DNA of 64,000 nucleotides from a bacterium (GTDB lineage Bacteria; Electryoneota; Electryoneia; Electryoneales; Electryoneaceae): NCBI GenBank assembly GCA_963669175.1, contig OY769902.1, positions 5,248,001 to 5,312,000 of the forward strand, read 5' to 3'. Shown piece by piece: positions 58,382 to 64,000 of this stretch (position 1 is its first letter; each line of letters starts with the position of its first letter). The notes under the pieces were generated by a model. It saw only the letters and a program-made list of their open reading frames with translations, ran no database searches and was not told where the DNA came from. The position numbers and the translations under genes were made by a program.

Positions 58382-59449
58382 ATGGCAGAAGTAATCCTGG
58401 ACAAAGTGAACAAGATTTACCCGGGCGATGTGCATGCGGTAACCGATAACTCGATCCACATCAAGGACAAGGAATTTGTCGTATTGGTCGGGCCATCCGG
58501 ATGCGGCAAGTCGACAACCCTGCGTATGATCGCCGGGCTGGAAGAGATCAGCAGTGGCACGGTTTCCATTGACGGCCGTGTGGTCAATGATGTCCCCCCG
58601 AAAGACCGTGATATCGCGATGGTCTTCCAGAACTACGCCCTCTATCCGCATATGGACGTCCGTACCAACATGGCCTTCGGGCTGAAGTTGCGGAAGTTCC
58701 CCAAGGATGAAATCGACCAGCGTGTCAATGAAGCGGCCGAGATTCTCGAACTGACTCCTCTGTTGGATCGGAAGCCGAAAGCGCTGTCCGGCGGTCAACG
58801 TCAGCGTGTGGCCCTGGGACGCGCCATTGTCCGTAAGCCGAAAGTCTTCCTCTTCGACGAACCCTTGTCCAACCTCGACGCCAAGCTGCGAAACCAGATG
58901 CGCGCCGAGATCGCCAAGCTGCACCAGAAGCTTGAAACCACGATGATTTACGTGACCCATGACCAGGTCGAAGCGATGACCATGGGAACGAAGATTGTAG
59001 TCATGAAGGACGGCATTATTCAGCAGGTCGATGCGCCGTTGGACATCTACAACAAACCGGTCAACAAGTTCGTGGCCGGATTCATCGGCTCACCAACCAT
59101 GAATTTTGTTGAAGGCACAGTCACCAACAAGACCTTCACCGCCGGACAACTGACAGTTCCTTTGGACAACTATCCAAGCTCTATTCCAAATAGTATCATC
59201 ATTCTTGGCGTTCGTCCGGAAGACCTGAACTGGGATGAAGCGCCGGGTAACGGCACCCTTACATCCATTGTAGACCTTGATGAGCCCATGGGCAGCGAAA
59301 CCCATCTGCACTTGCTGGATGGTGACACCAAATATGTTGCGAGCATAAAACCTGACGCACCCTATACAATCGGCAAAGCAGTCACTTTGCATATCGACCC
59401 GGTGAAAGTGCATTTCTTTGACCCGGTCACTCAAAAAGCGATTCGCTGA
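58382..59449 (+). CDS. malK: Sugar ABC transporter ATP-binding protein (MalK/MsmK/UgpC family)
   Basis: GPSGCGKST, VFQNYALYPHM, LSGGQRQR, FDEPLSNLD, YVTHDQ. Confidence 0.9.
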   Translation: MAEVILDKVNKIYPGDVHAVTDNSIHIKDKEFVVLVGPSGCGKSTTLRMIAGLEEISSGTVSIDGRVVNDVPPKDRDIAMVFQNYALYPHMDVRTNMAFGLKLRKFPKDEIDQRVNEAAEILELTPLLDRKPKALSGGQRQRVALGRAIVRKPKVFLFDEPLSNLDAKLRNQMRAEIAKLHQKLETTMIYVTHDQVEAMTMGTKIVVMKDGIIQQVDAPLDIYNKPVNKFVAGFIGSPTMNFVEGTVTNKTFTAGQLTVPLDNYPSSIPNSIIILGVRPEDLNWDEAPGNGTLTSIVDLDEPMGSETHLHLLDGDTKYVASIKPDAPYTIGKAVTLHIDPVKVHFFDPVTQKAIR

Positions 59450-59476
59450 TGGGTCGCAAAACAGGGGGGCGACACA

Positions 59477-59968
59477 GTGAAGAGACTACTCATCATAACA
59501 ATGGTTGCCATGATGGTAATGGCGGCGGGATGTCAGCAAGCTGGAACTCAAATGAGTGTTGACCTCGTCAAAGCCGCCGAAGAAGTCAACGCCTTACTTG
59601 ATCAGTATGAAACCGTTCTTGAAACGAACAACATGGAGCTGCTGTCATCGATTACAGCGCATGATGCGGACATGGTGAATTTCGGCACCTCCGCCGATGA
59701 ACGAGTTGTCGGCTGGGAAGCCCTGAGCCAGTTGATGCAGGCACAATTTGATGCGACCGAAAGTTCCGAAGTCACAGTGAAAGACCGTGTGATCAAGGTA
59801 CACGAGGAAGGCAAGGTCGCGTGGTACTCGGAAATCAATGACTGGGTTGTGACCATGAATGGCGAAGAAATGACATTGAACGGTTTCCGTGTTACGGGTG
59901 TACTGGAAAAACGTGACGGCAAGTGGTTGATCGTTCAACTGCATTTCTCGGTCCCTGATGGGGAGTAA
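59477..59968 (+). CDS. NTF2/SnoaL-like lipoprotein
   Basis: Lipobox AAGC; RVTGVLEKRDGKWLIVQLHFS. Confidence 0.8.
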   Translation: MKRLLIITMVAMMVMAAGCQQAGTQMSVDLVKAAEEVNALLDQYETVLETNNMELLSSITAHDADMVNFGTSADERVVGWEALSQLMQAQFDATESSEVTVKDRVIKVHEEGKVAWYSEINDWVVTMNGEEMTLNGFRVTGVLEKRDGKWLIVQLHFSVPDGE

Positions 59969-60061
59969 ACACAGTTTTTAAGAAGTATATTGCGCCGGGA
60001 TTGGTCAGGAATTGCCAGTCCCGGTTTGATGTCTGGGATACAGATTCAGCAACAACATTGA

Positions 60062-60961
60062 GTGGGAAGCATGGGCGCCAAGTATTCTCTACACTTGATA
60101 TTATTCATAGTATTTGCATGCTGCAGTGTTCCTGCCGCTTTTTCCCATCCAGAGCATAAAGCGAACAAATACACTGACCGTGGAAACGAATATGCGCGGC
60201 AGCAGGATTGGCCGCGTGCTGCAAAAGAATATGCCCATGCAATTGAACATGGGTTAAAGGATCCTGCAACCGCATATGCATGTGCGACATTCTATTGCCT
60301 GGCTGAAAAGTACAATCTTGCCTTTGCCTATCTGGACAGCGCTATTGTGTTCGATTTCACCAACGTGCAGCGTTTACGTTATGACAATAACCTGCTACCG
60401 CTTCATGAAGACCCGCGTTGGGAAAATATTGTCGATAAGATGACCATTGCCCAGGATGCATACCTGGAACGATGCCACCTGAACCGTGAAGTTTTCTACC
60501 TGTGGAAAGCTGCCCAGTTTGATCACGGCATTGCAGCAGACACGATCTCGCAGGAGGTAGTCACAGCGAATGACAACGCCAGGTTTTCACAATTGCAGGA
60601 TCAACTGAACAGAAAACAGTTGACTGTAGCGGACGACTACTATAATGCCGCCCTGATTCTATATTACTCTGAAGACCAGCAAAATCTTTCAACATGTGAA
60701 TCTTGTATTGATCAGGCAATCAAGCTGGACCCTGAAAAGGTAACCTATCAATGGTTTGCAGCGTACGTCAGGGATAAACATCTCGTAAGCCAGGGGAAGC
60801 GTCAGATTTATGGCACCCAGGTATCTCAGGATGAGAATGGATTATGGCGACTTGAACCAATCAATGAAACTACGATAAGCGATTCCGAGCGAACTCGACT
60901 TGGATTGCCTACCCTGAAGGAGTTGCAGGAACAGATCGATGAAGACAACCATGTGAAATAA
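60062..60961 (+). CDS. Exported TPR protein with DUF6624-like C-terminus
   Basis: Signal peptide, TPR-like helices, QGKRQIYGTQ and ERTRLGLPTL motifs. Confidence 0.6.
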   Translation: MGSMGAKYSLHLILFIVFACCSVPAAFSHPEHKANKYTDRGNEYARQQDWPRAAKEYAHAIEHGLKDPATAYACATFYCLAEKYNLAFAYLDSAIVFDFTNVQRLRYDNNLLPLHEDPRWENIVDKMTIAQDAYLERCHLNREVFYLWKAAQFDHGIAADTISQEVVTANDNARFSQLQDQLNRKQLTVADDYYNAALILYYSEDQQNLSTCESCIDQAIKLDPEKVTYQWFAAYVRDKHLVSQGKRQIYGTQVSQDENGLWRLEPINETTISDSERTRLGLPTLKELQEQIDEDNHVK

Positions 60962-61010
60962 GAGCCCGGGTAGCTTACCTGATCAACATAGGCGTGTATA
61001 CTGCCAACTC

Positions 61011-63989
61011 TCAGGGTAAGTACTTTTCCATTTTGACCACAACCGGCACCTTCACCGCTCCATGCGGTTTACGGTCGAACTGCACTTCGCCGTTTTCCAG
61101 TACGTACAACAGCAGTTTCCCGGTGAGTTCCACGTCCATCCGGCAGTACTTTTCGATCTCGTCGACTTTCCCCTCGCGCCACCACGCCAGCGCCTGCAAA
61201 CCATCTGCGGATTTCGGCGCGCCCAGGGTAGCCTGCGCCATAGCGCCCAGCCCGACACGATACCCGTATTGTTGATAGAATTCATCCAGCAGATCCAGCG
61301 ACGGCACCGCACGCATATCCCGTCCGGTGTACGCTTGAAGTACAGCGTAGTCAAATTTCTTCTGATTGAAGCCGACCACCAGCTCGGCATCGAACAGACG
61401 TTCGATCAATTCCGGGACATCATCTTCGAAATAGGTTTTGTACTCACCCGTTTTCAGTTCCTGGATCACGGCAAGCGAGACACGCATCAGGTGGGCGTTA
61501 TGCCAGCCGCCGACCTCCTCCGCAGACATTTGCGTTTCCAGGTCGAACACGACAATGTCCCGTCCCTCGATCAATCCAAGCTGACTTTCGTAGGGTTTTT
61601 CTTCTTTCTTGCGTTGCAGGGCCTGCCCCCCGGCGCGACGTTTGGACGAAGGTTTTGCCTTGTCCGCCGGATCAGCCACTTCCAACGGTTCTGTAATATC
61701 TTCCGGACGCCAGACGTCTTCCCCGGTCAGGTGCTGCAGGACCCGGATGCAGCCCTGTTTGTCCAGGGGAATATTGGCATGTCCGCATTTAGGTGAGTGA
61801 ATGCAGGAAGGGCACCCGTCATCGCAGGGACAGCTCCGTACCAGGTTCAGCACTTTCTCCAGCAGCTCATCCAGTACGGAATACGCTTTGGAAGCCAGCC
61901 CCACCCCGCCCGGATGTCCGTCATACAGGAAAATGGCCGGTCCTTTCAATCCGGGATGCAGGGTAAAGGATATCCCACCGACATCATTACGATCGCACAG
62001 GGCAAACAGGGGCAGTAACGCCAGGGAAGCATGCTCGGTAGCATGAAGCGAACCCATGACGTGACGTTTATCCTGCGCCAGTCCCGCCATGGCTACTGTG
62101 GATGGTTCAATCCAGAGCCCGACGGTTTCATAGGTGACCGGGGGAAGATCCAGCTTCTTCTCGTCAACTTTATCACGTGCCTTGGAATGACGGACTTCAT
62201 AGCCGACAACCTGTTCTGTTACCTTCACCTTGCCCAGCGATACTTTGTAACGGTGCGGTCTTTCAGCATCACTGGCAGACTCTGCCTCATCCGGCGCAAA
62301 GAGATCACGACTCTCGAACACTTCCAGGACTTCCGTCTCTTTTTCAGTCCGAGCCAATGTGTAATAGTCCACTTCGTGCTTGCTGACCCAGATTTCCTCT
62401 TTTGCAAGATCCAGTTTTTCAACGATATAGGTTCGTCCCTGGTGCAGATATACCGCCCCTGGATGGCATTCTGTCATGGCCTGTAAACCACTGACATGGC
62501 CGACCACTTTGCGAGTTCGCGAATCGTAGATGCCATAAGTTGGACCGGCGCCACGAATATCGATCTGGCGATGCGGCTGCTTCCGGCTGGCGAACCAGGT
62601 TGTCCCGCGAGCCGCTTCCAGCAGTACACCCTCATCCACAAGTTCTTTGATGAGGGGCTTGAGTTTATCGGGATTGTACACCTGGTCATCAAGACGCAAC
62701 GGGATTTCCTGGGCAGCGCAAGCGATATGGGATTTCAGCAGGTAGGGATTCTGCGCGTCCACCACCGCCGCTTCTGCGGAACGTCCGAAGAAATCCATGG
62801 GATGATGCATGAAGTACTGATCCAACGCATCCTGTTGCGCCAGCATGAAGACAACGGATTCATTCACTCCTCGCCCGACACGACCGGCGCGTTGCCATGT
62901 GGTCGTGATCGTACCGGGATAACCGACCAGGATACAGACGTCCAGGCCGCCGATATCAATTCCCATCTCGAGGGCGCTGGTTGCGATTACGCCTTTCAGT
63001 TCGCCGGAACGTAATCCGGTCTCTATTTCGCGGCGTTCACCTGCGAGATAGCCTGCACGGTAGGCGCTGATTTTTCCCATCAGATCCGGAGATGACTGAA
63101 TGACCCACTGATAAATCAGCTCGGTCATTTTCCGGCTCTTGGTGAACACGATACTCTTAAGCCCGGCTTCAACCGCATCAGTAAAAAGGCGGACAGCGGT
63201 AGTATGAATATTCCCGGTCGGATTCAGAAAAATCATGTGGCGTCGTGATGCAGGCGCTCCATTCTGATCGACCAGTTCAAACGGTTTCCCGGTCAGTTGT
63301 TCCGCCAGTTCATCCGGGTTGGCGATGGTCGCCGATGTCGCCAGGAACTGTAATTTGGACTGGTAGCGAGCGGCAACCCGCTGCAAACGTCTCAAGATCT
63401 GCAGCACATGGCTTCCGAACACACCACGGTAGGTATGCAGCTCATCCAGCACGACAAAACGCAAACCACGGAAGAACTTCTCCCATTGTGCGTGATAGGC
63501 CAGGAATCCGAAATGAAGCATATCCGGGTTAGTCAGCAGGATGCGTGGCGGATTGGCTTTCAGCTTTTCCCGGTTCTTCTGAGTGGTATCGCCATCATAA
63601 ATCGCCGACAGGGGAACCGTGTCGGTGAAGCCATTGTCAAACGAGCGCAACCTCTTCTGTTGATCCTGCGCCAATGCCTTCAGGGGAAAGAGCATCAGGG
63701 CATGAGTACCGGGTTCTTTTTCCAGGGTCTCAAGGATTGGCAACGTATAGACAAGGGTTTTCCCTGACGCAGTCGGGGTGACTGTAACGACATTTTTACC
63801 CTCTCTGGCCAGTCGGAGCGCCTCCCACTGATGACTGTACAGGTGTCGCACTCCATCCGCCTGGATACGCTCAGAAAGCCAGTTTGGAAGCGGTGGCGAT
63901 AGTTCCCCGAACCGTGCGCTCTGTGCAGGCAGCGCTTCTGCATGCACGATATCACGGCAGAACCGGTCATCCTGTTGCAGCCTGTGCAT
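61011..63989 (-). CDS. MrfA/DUF1998 DEAD/DEAH-box helicase fused to a C-terminal YprB/MrfB-like DEDD exonuclease; start may be off-window
   Basis: PTASGKT, DELH, SAT, QRAGRVGR, CPCDDGCPSC; then VVFDLET, GFNQKKFD, YCRMDV. Confidence 0.88.
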   Translation of the reverse strand: MHRLQQDDRFCRDIVHAEALPAQSARFGELSPPLPNWLSERIQADGVRHLYSHQWEALRLAREGKNVVTVTPTASGKTLVYTLPILETLEKEPGTHALMLFPLKALAQDQQKRLRSFDNGFTDTVPLSAIYDGDTTQKNREKLKANPPRILLTNPDMLHFGFLAYHAQWEKFFRGLRFVVLDELHTYRGVFGSHVLQILRRLQRVAARYQSKLQFLATSATIANPDELAEQLTGKPFELVDQNGAPASRRHMIFLNPTGNIHTTAVRLFTDAVEAGLKSIVFTKSRKMTELIYQWVIQSSPDLMGKISAYRAGYLAGERREIETGLRSGELKGVIATSALEMGIDIGGLDVCILVGYPGTITTTWQRAGRVGRGVNESVVFMLAQQDALDQYFMHHPMDFFGRSAEAAVVDAQNPYLLKSHIACAAQEIPLRLDDQVYNPDKLKPLIKELVDEGVLLEAARGTTWFASRKQPHRQIDIRGAGPTYGIYDSRTRKVVGHVSGLQAMTECHPGAVYLHQGRTYIVEKLDLAKEEIWVSKHEVDYYTLARTEKETEVLEVFESRDLFAPDEAESASDAERPHRYKVSLGKVKVTEQVVGYEVRHSKARDKVDEKKLDLPPVTYETVGLWIEPSTVAMAGLAQDKRHVMGSLHATEHASLALLPLFALCDRNDVGGISFTLHPGLKGPAIFLYDGHPGGVGLASKAYSVLDELLEKVLNLVRSCPCDDGCPSCIHSPKCGHANIPLDKQGCIRVLQHLTGEDVWRPEDITEPLEVADPADKAKPSSKRRAGGQALQRKKEEKPYESQLGLIEGRDIVVFDLETQMSAEEVGGWHNAHLMRVSLAVIQELKTGEYKTYFEDDVPELIERLFDAELVVGFNQKKFDYAVLQAYTGRDMRAVPSLDLLDEFYQQYGYRVGLGAMAQATLGAPKSADGLQALAWWREGKVDEIEKYCRMDVELTGKLLLYVLENGEVQFDRKPHGAVKVPVVVKMEKYLP

Positions 63990-64000
63990 GAATGCCGGTA

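Overview
Window from a Gram-negative bacterium, probably FCB superphylum (inferred from many T9SS/FlgD-Ig-type C-terminal domains, a PorV family gene and a TonB-dependent receptor). (1) 1-11.9 kb is an AT-richer defence island: an SspA/SspB/SspC-like DNA phosphorothioation cluster, a tight FRG-SEFIR-REase-PD-(D/E)XK operon, a tRNA-Lys 3' att fragment, a GHKL-ATPase/nuclease pseudogene and an IS3/tyrosine-integrase chimera. (2) 12-29 kb holds a sigma54 activator with an OYE flavin oxidoreductase, two tandem secreted S8 peptidases, PduO, YhaM, LtaE and two outer-membrane proteins. (3) 29.6-59.4 kb is a starch/maltodextrin locus with no recognisable SusD: TBDR, a 1206-aa secreted protein, PorV, a CBM protein, GH13, GH133, GH57, a MalE-MalF fusion, MalG and MalK. 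Five consecutive intergenic gaps of this operon each hold a copy of a long inverted-repeat element built from ~9-nt AGGAT units. One copy encloses an AT-rich orphan gene whose ATG comes from the repeat, and another encloses a REP doublet. This cassette-like repeat system is the most unusual signal. (4) The window ends with an NTF2 lipoprotein, a TPR protein and an MrfA-type helicase fused to an exonuclease. All family calls are from motifs read by eye, not from database searches.
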